Of a stretch of DNA of 64,000 nucleotides, positions 19,889 to 29,674 are shown in pieces. Every line of letters begins with the position of its first letter. The first letter of the stretch is position 1. The notes below the pieces were generated by a model. That model was not told where the DNA came from. It did no database searches and worked only from the letters and a program-made list of their open reading frames with translations. The stretch comes from Promethearchaeota archaeon. GTDB taxonomy: Archaea; Asgardarchaeota; Lokiarchaeia; Sigyniarchaeales; SOKP01. The position numbers were made by a program, and so were the translations under genes. The stretch is from contig JAHPZA010000003.1 of assembly GCA_019058445.1 (NCBI GenBank), positions 96,001-160,000 of the forward strand, in the 5' to 3' direction.

Positions 19889-20689
19889 TCACATTAATTT
19901 CTTCTGAATATTTACACTTTTTATTTTTATAATTTTATAATATTGTAGATATTTATGTAGTTCTTGTAAAAAAGTATTAAAATAATAGATAGAAACAAGA
20001 GGAACTTGATTATCATTAAGTTTATTAAAATTATCCTCTAATGTGACCATTATCGGTATAAGATTAAACGGTAAATAGTTCTTTAGATTAGGGTTTATCC
20101 CTAAAAGGCTATGGATAAGCTTAGAAAAAGCGTCGGGATTTTTTTCTAAAGCAATGATTCTCTGGTATTGCAAATTTGCTGCCTTATTCATTGAACTATA
20201 GGTATCCTTACGTTTCCATTGTTTTGCATCAATTAATAAGATAATGTTGCGATTTAGGCCTATAACATCGATTTCATATCTTTTTTGAGATGTCTTGTAT
20301 TTAAAGTTAGATTTATCTGAAAATCTGAAATTATTCAATACCTTAAAATTATTTCTAGATAAAATTTTATTAATTAATAATTCAAATCCAGTAAAATCCA
20401 GAAGTTCCGCTACCGATTTTATATCTAAATTTAAGACTTTTATAGATTCCATAACAAACAGGATTTTATTTATTGAAATGTAATTAATTTTATAATTTCC
20501 TTTTTTCATTTCTATGAAATTGAAGTTTAGTAAAAACTCAGTAAGCTCATATTTATCCAAATTATTCAAAAAACTGATTTCGGAGATTTCAAACCACACT
20601 TCAGTAGCTTTTTTGTCTGTATCTTTTAAAATTGCATAAATTTCATAAAAGAATTGTTTAATCGATACAGTAGAATATAAATTAGCCAT
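19889..20689 (-). CDS. PD-(D/E)xK nuclease-fold protein (NERD/Mrr-like)
   Basis: FELLI..L, YEIDVIG and LIDAKQW motifs. Confidence 0.75.
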   Translation of the reverse strand: MANLYSTVSIKQFFYEIYAILKDTDKKATEVWFEISEISFLNNLDKYELTEFLLNFNFIEMKKGNYKINYISINKILFVMESIKVLNLDIKSVAELLDFTGFELLINKILSRNNFKVLNNFRFSDKSNFKYKTSQKRYEIDVIGLNRNIILLIDAKQWKRKDTYSSMNKAANLQYQRIIALEKNPDAFSKLIHSLLGINPNLKNYLPFNLIPIMVTLEDNFNKLNDNQVPLVSIYYFNTFLQELHKYLQYYKIIKIKSVNIQKKLM

Positions 20690-20774
20690 ATTTAATTAGA
20701 GCTATCTTAAAACTTTAAAAAAAAAGAGAGTTCTAGAAAAGTAAAACAATAAGGTAGAATTAGGGTTATATCTC

Positions 20775-23051
20775 TTATCTACTCTTTTCGGCAAGATAGA
20801 CATCATAAAACCAATCCACTATGTATTGGAAGAAAAATCGTTCTCGAAGAACGTCATAGTGTGATTTTTGTCTTAAAGATGTCATTTTTGCGATATCCTC
20901 TGATTTCATTTCATTTTTCGAAATTAAATCCATCCGAGTCTTGAATTGATCTTCCATTTTAATTTCCCTAAGGATATTGTTCATCGCATTTGTAATATCA
21001 TCGATTAAGGTTTCAAATTCGATATTTATCTTAAGTATCTCATCTCGTTGAGTATCTTTAGAAAGAAATTCTTTTATTTTCCTTAAAATTCTATTTTTTT
21101 TATAATAATTAATAAGTTCATTCTGATCAAGAATTTCTAACAAATATTTTGTTATTTTATGAATAACATCAATATGTACTTTAAACTCTTTTAATTCTTT
21201 TTCCAATCTGACTAGAAATTGCTGTTTTAAAAATTGTTTATATTTCACAATTATAGCTTCATTCTCTTTAGCATCACTACAGATTTCAATTACTTCTCCT
21301 TTAGGTGTGGAATAAGTAAAACCATGTCCTTGGGGACCGAGCCCTCCCAACAAAACCATTGAGAGAGAATAAAACTTATAGTTATTTTTGGATAAGAACT
21401 TCTCAATATTTTTAAATATAACATCAGGTGCTACCAAGTGTTTTTTAACAATGGTGTAGGGATCTCGTTCATATTCGATATAAAAATATGCTTGATAATT
21501 ATATGAGATTGGAAATTCCATAAAATCATCCATCAATTTATCTTTATTTTTTAGATATTGCTTTCTAAACTCATTTATGAAACTTTTTACTGAGCTTAAA
21601 TATCGCACAGACAATCCATAGATGGAATATTGATTAAAGAAAATATTCTTAATATAAAACGCCAGTTGATCCCAATCTTGTATATATGATGATTGAGCTC
21701 CTATAAAGAATTGATATATTTGTTGAGGGATGATCTTTCTAATGAATAAAATAAAAGAATCAGATACTACTTCTCCAAATAAATCATGGAAGTTGCTCAT
21801 TAGGAGAGTATCTTTTTTAAGATTTTCAATAAGTTTTATATCATCTTCTTTTAAATTTCTCTCAAATAAGTTATAATCATTACAAAAACGAAGGATTTCA
21901 ATTTGTTTTCCTAAACTCGAAGTTTGATAACCTTCGCTTACTTCTCTTATACAATCTAAAATAAGGGTAGAAATTATTTCAAAACGATTCGGTATTTTTT
22001 TAACGTCAATAAAAATGTCAAAATCGATAGAAGAATCCAGCATAAGTCTAAAATTTTCAAACTTTTGTGCTCTGAGATTATGTCCAAGTCCTGTATAAAA
22101 ATTTTTCTCGATTTTTTTCTTGAATTTATTATTAGATGACAAATTTGTAATTTCAAAAAACTCATCATCTATTAGATTATCAATGGCGTATTTTATTTTA
22201 GAGATCTCCCCAGATTTTAGAGATTTGACGATTGACTCAACAATCATAAGATCGATGTCTTTAGGAATTTCACCATATTTTAAATTATAATATTTTTTAC
22301 CGATGAAAAAATCATAAAAATCTTGTCTATTTAATGATTCTTGTAAATTCTCAAGTAAAGCTGTTTGAAAATTACGCGGATCATTGGTAATTGCGTGATC
22401 TATGTCATTTTTCATTAGAATTTCATAAAGCATTACTAATGTATCCAGTGAGCCTTTATCTTTGAAAAAATCTAAGCAATCTGAAAATAGATAAAAGATA
22501 AAATCTTTATCCCTATTATTTTTAGGTTTTTCTTTGTTTAAATCTCTAATATTAAAATCTAACATCCATTTATTTAAATATATCAAAAATATAGGTAGAT
22601 ACTTAATATTTTGAAATACTTTTACGCTTCTTTGACAGTGTCGACAAAAATACACCGTTCTAGTTTCATCAAATGGACTATTAGTCTTATAAATATTAGG
22701 TGATTTGCAATTAAAGCATAATTTTTCAATAACTAATACATCTACAATGTCGTCAATGAATTTTTCAATAAAAATGTCGGTAATAGCAATTTCTTTTACT
22801 TTATTATCTTCTCGATAATGGTTTAAATATCTTAAAATAACCTTGAAAATATCTCCATATAATTCTAAGAGGTCGTAATCATTCGCAGCTTCGATTTTTT
22901 TCGTAAGTCTCTGAAATTCAGTGAGAAAATTCACATTATAACTGACTATTTCTTTAACAAGTTTTTCAAGGTCAATATCCTTTTTAGCAATTCCTTGCTT
23001 TATTTTTTGCTTTATTTCTTCAAAAAACTGATCAGCATCTGAATGTATCAT
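20775..23051 (-). CDS. Large helical hypothetical protein with internal Zn finger
   Basis: CFNCKS...FCRHCQ; conserved-looking block SMVLLGGLGPQGHGFTYSTPKGEVIEICSD. Confidence 0.65.
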   Translation of the reverse strand: MIHSDADQFFEEIKQKIKQGIAKKDIDLEKLVKEIVSYNVNFLTEFQRLTKKIEAANDYDLLELYGDIFKVILRYLNHYREDNKVKEIAITDIFIEKFIDDIVDVLVIEKLCFNCKSPNIYKTNSPFDETRTVYFCRHCQRSVKVFQNIKYLPIFLIYLNKWMLDFNIRDLNKEKPKNNRDKDFIFYLFSDCLDFFKDKGSLDTLVMLYEILMKNDIDHAITNDPRNFQTALLENLQESLNRQDFYDFFIGKKYYNLKYGEIPKDIDLMIVESIVKSLKSGEISKIKYAIDNLIDDEFFEITNLSSNNKFKKKIEKNFYTGLGHNLRAQKFENFRLMLDSSIDFDIFIDVKKIPNRFEIISTLILDCIREVSEGYQTSSLGKQIEILRFCNDYNLFERNLKEDDIKLIENLKKDTLLMSNFHDLFGEVVSDSFILFIRKIIPQQIYQFFIGAQSSYIQDWDQLAFYIKNIFFNQYSIYGLSVRYLSSVKSFINEFRKQYLKNKDKLMDDFMEFPISYNYQAYFYIEYERDPYTIVKKHLVAPDVIFKNIEKFLSKNNYKFYSLSMVLLGGLGPQGHGFTYSTPKGEVIEICSDAKENEAIIVKYKQFLKQQFLVRLEKELKEFKVHIDVIHKITKYLLEILDQNELINYYKKNRILRKIKEFLSKDTQRDEILKINIEFETLIDDITNAMNNILREIKMEDQFKTRMDLISKNEMKSEDIAKMTSLRQKSHYDVLRERFFFQYIVDWFYDVYLAEKSR

Positions 23052-23144
23052 TTAATAAGAACTTTTAAATCAAAATGAGATAATAACCTTATTGTTATAT
23101 TAGATAATATTATTTATAAATAAATTTTAAGTAGGTGCGATTAA

Positions 23145-23732
23145 TTGAATATCCAACTTCTGAAACCTAAGTTTGAAGGTGAAATGAGTCTTGAAGAAAG
23201 CATCTTCAACCGTAAGAGTATCAGGAGCTTTAAAGATAAAGAAATTGAAATCGAAAAACTTTCCCAGTTATTATGGGCCGCCCAAGGTGAAAATCTCTCC
23301 AAAAGAACTGTCCCTTCGGCAGGGGCGATTTATCCCATAGAAATATATGTTTTTTTAAAGAAAAAAGGGCTTTATCATTATCACTATAAAAAAATGCTGT
23401 TAAAAAGGGAAATAGAGGAAAATCCTAATGAAAATATTCTTAGGCAATTAGCGCAGTATTGTTTAAGTCAAAATTTCATCTATGAAGCTCCTTTAAATCT
23501 CATTATATGTGTTAATTATCCAAAAATAACTCGAGGTTATGGAGAAAGAGGAAAAAGATATGCCCTAATTGAAGTAGGACATTGTGCTCAAAATGTGCAC
23601 TTAGAAGCTGTTGCTTTGGGATTAGGTTCGGTTCCTATAGGTGCTTTTCGTGATAGAAAAATATCGCAACTTTTAAGGCTCCCTGAGGATTTAGATCCGA
23701 TATATATAATTCCTATTGGGTATGAAAAATAA
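23145..23732 (+). CDS. SagB/ThcOx-type nitroreductase-family protein
   Basis: RKSIR, LWAAQG..RTVPSAGAIYP and EVGHCAQNVHL motifs. Confidence 0.9.
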   Translation: MNIQLLKPKFEGEMSLEESIFNRKSIRSFKDKEIEIEKLSQLLWAAQGENLSKRTVPSAGAIYPIEIYVFLKKKGLYHYHYKKMLLKREIEENPNENILRQLAQYCLSQNFIYEAPLNLIICVNYPKITRGYGERGKRYALIEVGHCAQNVHLEAVALGLGSVPIGAFRDRKISQLLRLPEDLDPIYIIPIGYEK

Positions 23733-23767
23733 TTTGCTTGCGTGTAATTGTAAACAAATTCAATTAT

Positions 23768-24334
23768 TCATAGTTCAAGAGTCTTGTCTATAATTTTTCC
23801 AATTAGAATTTTATCAGTATAGATCCCGTCATTTAACAATCCAGTATATTTTTTCCTTCCTTCTACTGTATATTTCATTTTTTCAAGGTATAGAATTTCT
23901 GCACTTTTATTTCCATCATAATACTCTGCTTCGAGTTTTTTAATTCCCATCTCTTTCGCTATATTTTCAAGTAAAATCAATAATTTCACCCCTAATCCAT
24001 GATTTTGAAAATTGGGATGAATTGCAATTCCCCAAGTGCCAACATGTGATTCTTTTTCATTAAATGGATTTATCATTAAAGATGCGGATCCTATGATTTT
24101 TTTATCGTCTAAAGCTCCAATGAATATGGAAACTTTATCATTTGAAAGGATCTGATATAATTCTTTTTTATCTTTCTCTATATCCTCCTCATTAAAATCT
24201 TTAGCTAAGAATTTATTAACTTTCCTTAACCAGTTGTGTACAAATTCATAATTATTATTGTTTTCATAATCACTTTTAAATAAGCGCTTAATAATTACAA
24301 TTCGTCCGTCTTTTAATTTGAATTTTTCAATCAT
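23768..24334 (-). CDS. GNAT N-acetyltransferase
   Basis: IAIHPNFQNHGLG motif A; N..A..LY. Confidence 0.88.
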   Translation of the reverse strand: MIEKFKLKDGRIVIIKRLFKSDYENNNNYEFVHNWLRKVNKFLAKDFNEEDIEKDKKELYQILSNDKVSIFIGALDDKKIIGSASLMINPFNEKESHVGTWGIAIHPNFQNHGLGVKLLILLENIAKEMGIKKLEAEYYDGNKSAEILYLEKMKYTVEGRKKYTGLLNDGIYTDKILIGKIIDKTLEL

Positions 24335-24455
24335 TTTAAAAAATCATAATTTAAATGCTATTTCTGTAATATTACTTAATAGATTAACATCTAATTTAAT
24401 CTGTTAATAAAACTTTTTTTAAGTCATTTGGATTTTATAAAATTTGGAGAATAAA

Positions 24456-26258
24456 ATGGATTTGTTACCAAAAGTTTTTAGAACAGAAGGTGATTGGGTT
24501 GAGTTTGATCCGTCTAAGATTTTTGAGAGTATTTTAAAAGAAACCGGAATGACAGAGGAGAACGCAAAAACTATTACTGAGTTAGTAGTACGAAGAATTA
24601 TTAGTTCTGGAATAAAATTTCTTTCTGGACCTCATATTCGGGAAATTGTATGCTCCATCCTTTCAGAACAACATTTTGAGGAAGAAAGAAAATTATATAC
24701 TCGAATTGGAATGCCTTTGATGGATTATGAAGAAATTCTCGAAAAAGGCCCCAAAACTAAACGTGGAGAAGTAATTAATCCCGAAAAAATCCATCATTGG
24801 GCAGCAAATCAACTAGCAGAAGAATACACTCTCTTAAGAATTCTTAATGATGAAGAATCTAAGGCGCATTTATATGGAGATATCCATATTCATAAATTAA
24901 AATATTTTGATTTACGACCACTAAGTCAAACGTGGGATCCTCGTATGATTCTTAAAAATGGTTTACCTCCTGTGGAAAATTGGTCGCATTGCGGTAAATC
25001 TGGACCGGCAAAGGATTTGAGAAGTGCAATCCACCATTTGGTGAAATGGTTAGCAATGACTCAAGGAGAATTTAGTGGAGGACAAGGATTTAATTTTCTC
25101 AATACATTTCTTGCTCCATTTGCTCACGGTCTAAATGACCATGAAATAAAGTATAGCATCCAAGAATTAATTTATGAGATCAATCAACTTGTGGCTGTGA
25201 TTGGTCGTGACATTCCAATTACTTCAATATCATGTAGCCCTGGAATTTTAGATGCCCTATCAGAACTACCCGCAATAGGTCCATCTGGTAAAATCGTGGG
25301 TATATATAATGATTATAACGAAGAAAATAATAAACTATTTGAATTTATTACTGAAATTTTTAGTCAAGGTGATTATGAGGGAAATGACTTTAATTATCCC
25401 AAACATATTATCTACATTAAGAGTAATTGGTTAAATGAGTTTAAAAACTCTTATTCTAAAATCTGGGAAGACATTAAGTCTGGCAAAAATGTGTATATCG
25501 TCAATTTGTGCTCTAAATGGAGTATTGATGAAATTTATTCTCAATATTCTGGAGAAGAACTTCATAATTTAGGAACTCTTCAAAATATAAGTTTAAATTT
25601 ACCCAGGTATGCGTATATGAGCAATGAACAAGATAAATTTATTGAAATATTAAGAGATAAGGTAACAATGTGTACTCAAATATTTCAAAAAAAATATGAA
25701 ATCATCGAAAAACGATTAAAATCTAAGCACTTACCCTTGTGTAGTAGTTTTATTAAAGACCATGAACCATTATTTAAATTAGAAAACCAAAATTTAGCAT
25801 TTAACCTTGTCGGATTAAATGAAGCAGTTAAATTTTTGACTAATTACGAGCTTCATGAAAAAGAGGAGACATTTAATTTCGGAAAAAAGGTAATTCAAGA
25901 AATAAAAAGTCTCTGTGAGGAAATAGGGCAAAAAAATGGGAAAAAATATGTTTTACAAGAAAATCTTTCAAATAAAGTGTTATCTCGATTTAAAAGATTG
26001 GATTTAAAACACTTTCCAGAGAAAGCGAAACCGCTACTAAAGGGAGAAAGCGCACATTACACAAATTCAGTTCACTTTCGGAAAAATAGTAAAATTGATT
26101 TAGCCAAAAGAATAGGCGAACAAGGAGAATTTCATGAAATAATGAGAAATGGGCTTAACATTGAAGAATTTTCTTTACAAGAAGTCCAAAATATACTTGA
26201 AGTAACCCAAGTAATTTGTGAAAATTCAAACCTTGCATCTTTTAGATTTATTCCTTAA
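24456..26258 (+). CDS. Class III ribonucleotide reductase (NrdD)-like protein with ATP cone; lacks glycyl-radical C-terminus
   Basis: ATP cone (FDPSKI..SGPHIREIV), HLYGDIHIH, SGGQG, SLNLPR, LVGLNEAV and YTNSVH. It ends without CxxC..CxxC or RxxGY. Confidence 0.85.
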   Translation: MDLLPKVFRTEGDWVEFDPSKIFESILKETGMTEENAKTITELVVRRIISSGIKFLSGPHIREIVCSILSEQHFEEERKLYTRIGMPLMDYEEILEKGPKTKRGEVINPEKIHHWAANQLAEEYTLLRILNDEESKAHLYGDIHIHKLKYFDLRPLSQTWDPRMILKNGLPPVENWSHCGKSGPAKDLRSAIHHLVKWLAMTQGEFSGGQGFNFLNTFLAPFAHGLNDHEIKYSIQELIYEINQLVAVIGRDIPITSISCSPGILDALSELPAIGPSGKIVGIYNDYNEENNKLFEFITEIFSQGDYEGNDFNYPKHIIYIKSNWLNEFKNSYSKIWEDIKSGKNVYIVNLCSKWSIDEIYSQYSGEELHNLGTLQNISLNLPRYAYMSNEQDKFIEILRDKVTMCTQIFQKKYEIIEKRLKSKHLPLCSSFIKDHEPLFKLENQNLAFNLVGLNEAVKFLTNYELHEKEETFNFGKKVIQEIKSLCEEIGQKNGKKYVLQENLSNKVLSRFKRLDLKHFPEKAKPLLKGESAHYTNSVHFRKNSKIDLAKRIGEQGEFHEIMRNGLNIEEFSLQEVQNILEVTQVICENSNLASFRFIP

Positions 26259-26434
26259 GTACCTAATAATTTGTAGAAATGATTCTACTCTCAATAGGCA
26301 TAAGTCTTTAAATATAAATTAATATCTTTATACTAGAATAATATATATATTTATATTTTAACTGAAGATTTGCATTTAACTAAGTAAATAAATATTTGAT
26401 TTCAGAGCAAAAATGATTAGAAAATCAGTTTGAT

Positions 26435-27838
26435 ATGACAAAAAATATTATTAAATCACTAATATTAAGCATTTTCGATGATGAGGGACCTACACCGAAA
26501 ATCTTTTGGCCTGAAAATTTGGATGAGGGTGCCAGACTTTTAATCGCTACTAAAACAATTAGCCTACTTATGGGTGATGTCATTTATCAAAATGGAGATA
26601 CTATCGATGATATAAATTATTTTGGGGTCCTTCCTTTCCCAGACTTAGGATTAAAAGCATTAACTTACTTCTTTTTAATCGCAGATGAAAATGCACGTGG
26701 AAATGCTATGGCTTCGACAATAACAGTTTTAATTGATGAGGAAAAATCAACCTTCTTTTATGAGAATATGAAATATTTGAGAGTGATAATTGATAAATCT
26801 GCTACAGAGATCCAAAATTGTGAAAAGGTTGAGGAATACCAAACCATTATGAATGCTCTAAGAGAGGAATTATTTGCCTTTTGTAATGACTTAAAAGATC
26901 CTTTTTCTTCACAAAGAAAAATCAAAGTGGTACTTGTTGGATTGGATAGAGCCGGTAAGACAAGTTTTCTCTTTGGAGTTAAGAAAAAATATTCTGAAAT
27001 CATAAAAACTTTACCCACTAAGGGAGTAGAGAGATCTGAAGAGACTATTTTTGAGGAACAAAATTCTCATATTTCAATATGGGATTTAGGAGGTCAAAAA
27101 AGATATCGTGAAAAATACCTGGAACAAAGCAAACTCTATCTTTATAATATAGATTTATTATTTTATCTAATTGATATTCAAGATTTTAGGAGAATGATGG
27201 ATTCAGTAGAACTTTTTTCAAATATCATTGAATCTTTGAAGGAACTAGATGAATACCCTCCGATTGTTATATGCTTGAATAAATACGATCCTGATATTAA
27301 AGGCACTGAAGAAATTAATAAAAATGTTGAAATAATTACATCTCAAATTGAAAGAAAAGCCGAAAAATTTTTCATTAAAATTTTTAAGACTTCCATCTTT
27401 GACTATTGGTCTCTCATTTCAGCATATTCTTACGGACTTTCTCAGTTGAGTCCCAATAGAGATTTCTTTAAAAATAGATTGAAAATATTTGCTGATAATA
27501 CTGATGCTGATGCATTATTATTACTAAATGAGAATGGTATAATCTTGTCCAGCTATTCCAAGAAGGAGATTCCAAGCAAGGTTTTCGAGATTTCTGCTCC
27601 ACACTTTCAGACTCTATATAAAACATTTAAAGAATTTCAACTTTTAAAAAATGATTATATTATCTCGTCTGGTTTGAAAACAGATTCAAAAAACATTATT
27701 TTTAAAAAAATTCAAGTTAATAAATATACTTTATATTTACTATTGTTCATGGAAGAGTACCATAGCATTGAGAAAATCGAAAAATTTTTACCAAATTTTT
27801 CCAATATTCTGACAGAACTAATAAGTTCTTACATTTAA
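26435..27838 (+). CDS. uDENN/longin - Rag-like GTPase - roadblock fusion
   Basis: SIFDDEGPTP, IADENARG, GLDRAGKTS, WDLGGQ, NKYD, KTSIFDYWSL..LSPN and LLLNENGIILS. Paralog of 5060..6574. Confidence 0.85.
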   Translation: MTKNIIKSLILSIFDDEGPTPKIFWPENLDEGARLLIATKTISLLMGDVIYQNGDTIDDINYFGVLPFPDLGLKALTYFFLIADENARGNAMASTITVLIDEEKSTFFYENMKYLRVIIDKSATEIQNCEKVEEYQTIMNALREELFAFCNDLKDPFSSQRKIKVVLVGLDRAGKTSFLFGVKKKYSEIIKTLPTKGVERSEETIFEEQNSHISIWDLGGQKRYREKYLEQSKLYLYNIDLLFYLIDIQDFRRMMDSVELFSNIIESLKELDEYPPIVICLNKYDPDIKGTEEINKNVEIITSQIERKAEKFFIKIFKTSIFDYWSLISAYSYGLSQLSPNRDFFKNRLKIFADNTDADALLLLNENGIILSSYSKKEIPSKVFEISAPHFQTLYKTFKEFQLLKNDYIISSGLKTDSKNIIFKKIQVNKYTLYLLLFMEEYHSIEKIEKFLPNFSNILTELISSYI

Positions 27839-27940
27839 GAATTATAAATATTCTATTCCATTCCTTTTAAGATTCGATTCTAATGAAAAGGAGATAATGA
27901 AGAATTTTATTAACATTTATAATTAGGATACATTATTATT

Positions 27941-28621
27941 ATGTTAAAAAGTATTTTTGGAATAGTTCTAATCTTGATCTACAAAGTTTATTTAATAGAT
28001 GCTGATAATGGAATATCTTTATTGGAATTCACCTTTAAGGAATTTAAAAAATCCGTCTCAACAATACAAGATGAAATTTTGGCGGCTTTTTTTAGTGTAA
28101 TAAACAGGATGATTGATGATGTTCAAGAAGGTATGGCAAAAGGAAGAAGGGTCAATGAAATGACTCGAGTTGTTGAATCTGAGGAATCAACGATAGTTAT
28201 ATATTTTCATCCCTTATCCAGAGTACTTTTTTGCTCCATATCTGATGCTGATGATGATGTTGAGAAACTTAAGCGTTGCATCCACAAAATAGGGAACCGT
28301 TTTTGGAAGAAACATCAAAGTGATCTTAAAGTGTATAGAACAACAACCGAAAAGCATAGATTTAAGGCTTATAAGGCCGAAATTGAGAATTTAAGCCTTG
28401 GAGGGCGGATTGCAGAAGTGTTTCCTAAAGTATTAATCATGAAATCTGTGCTCGATAAAATCTTGAGTATGGGTATGATTAATGAGTTTGAACTCAAAGT
28501 TGCTTTACAATGTAACGGGGAAAACTCTCCTCTTAAAATTTCAAGGTTATTAGAAAAATCCAGAAATGAAATCAATGATGTTCTTAAAAAACTACAGGAA
28601 TTAGATATTATAAGAATGTAA
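27941..28621 (+). CDS. Longin-domain protein with C-terminal winged helix
   Basis: KVYLIDADNGISLL..EILAAFFSVI (longin-like); CNGENSPLKISRLL..VLKKLQELDII (wHTH). Start could be the TTG about 30 nt downstream. Confidence 0.65.
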   Translation: MLKSIFGIVLILIYKVYLIDADNGISLLEFTFKEFKKSVSTIQDEILAAFFSVINRMIDDVQEGMAKGRRVNEMTRVVESEESTIVIYFHPLSRVLFCSISDADDDVEKLKRCIHKIGNRFWKKHQSDLKVYRTTTEKHRFKAYKAEIENLSLGGRIAEVFPKVLIMKSVLDKILSMGMINEFELKVALQCNGENSPLKISRLLEKSRNEINDVLKKLQELDIIRM

Positions 28622-28752
28622 TTCCTATTCTCAGAATTGTAACTTTTATTGATTTTCAAAAAAAAGATTAATTCTCAGTTTGAAATTAGTAAAAATTAAA
28701 AATTTTCATTATTTATCTTAATAAATTATTCACAGATTATTTGGTATTAAAT

Positions 28753-29490
28753 ATGGAAAAAACTGAAGATACTAAAATTCAACTGCTACCAATTGTTAAA
28801 TCCCCATCAAGGGAAGCTCAATTACGAAAAGGAAGAGGATTTTCCTTAGGTGAAATAAAAGCAGCAGAAAAAACTATCCAAATGATTAGAACTTCAGGGA
28901 TAAAAATAGATTTTCTAAGAAGATCAGTTCTTCAATCAAATATAGAACAATTAAAAGAGTTAAAGGCTCCGGTTAGGAAAGGAAAGAAAAGATCACCTTT
29001 TGTTCGGAGAGAAAAGAAAGTCAGAGTAAGAACAAAGAAGGTTAAAAAGAAGAAAGTAAAACCAGTTAAAACAGCTGAACCCCTCCCGGAAAAACCAGTT
29101 GAGGCTGCTAAGATACCTAAACAAAAAGTTAAATCCACAATTAAGAAAAAGCAAATTCCAAAAGTCAAAGTAGAGGAAGAGACAATAGAAAAAGAAAAAG
29201 TAGCACCTATAGTTGAAGAAAAACCAAAAGAAAAAAAGAAATCTAAAAAGAAAGAAAAGGAGAAACCTAAGAAAGAAAAGATTAAAGAAGAAGAGAAAGG
29301 AACTCCCTTAACAGAATTATCTGGTTTAGGAAATGCGACAGTTAAGAAATTCAATGAAGTCGGTGTTAATACAATAGAAGAATTAATAAAAGAAAATCCA
29401 GAAGAATTAGCTATGATCATATCTGGGGTTTCTGAGGATAGAATAAAAAAATGGATTAATGAGAGTAAAGAGTTATTAAATCATTCTTAA
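28753..29490 (+). CDS. rpl13e: Ribosomal protein eL13 fused via Lys/Glu-rich linker to a helix-hairpin-helix domain
   Basis: PIVKSP..RKGRGFSLGEI..IDFLRRS..NIEQL (L13e); LTELSGLGNATVKKFNEVGVNTIEEL (HhH). Confidence 0.85.
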   Translation: MEKTEDTKIQLLPIVKSPSREAQLRKGRGFSLGEIKAAEKTIQMIRTSGIKIDFLRRSVLQSNIEQLKELKAPVRKGKKRSPFVRREKKVRVRTKKVKKKKVKPVKTAEPLPEKPVEAAKIPKQKVKSTIKKKQIPKVKVEEETIEKEKVAPIVEEKPKEKKKSKKKEKEKPKKEKIKEEEKGTPLTELSGLGNATVKKFNEVGVNTIEELIKENPEELAMIISGVSEDRIKKWINESKELLNHS

Positions 29491-29674
29491 AGTTTTTAAC
29501 CTAATTTTCATCTCTATTTTTTTAAACATGTATTATTGGTGTTCAGCTACCACTTACAGAACCACTCATTTTATTATAAAAAGATGAACAAAACCATAAT
29601 TTTAAATTTATGAAATATATAAATCAATAAATAAAGAGTATGAGAAAGACTACACGAGTAAAATAGAGTTCAAA

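Noticed and set aside
23145-24334. RiPP (thiazole/oxazole) cluster around the SagB-type gene
   Set aside because: No YcaO, precursor peptide or transporter nearby; stand-alone SagB-like nitroreductases are common in anaerobes.
26259-26434. Frameshifted NrdD C-terminus
   Set aside because: Only KYLIICRND is vaguely similar; there are no CxxC pairs or RxxGY, and too little space before the next gene.
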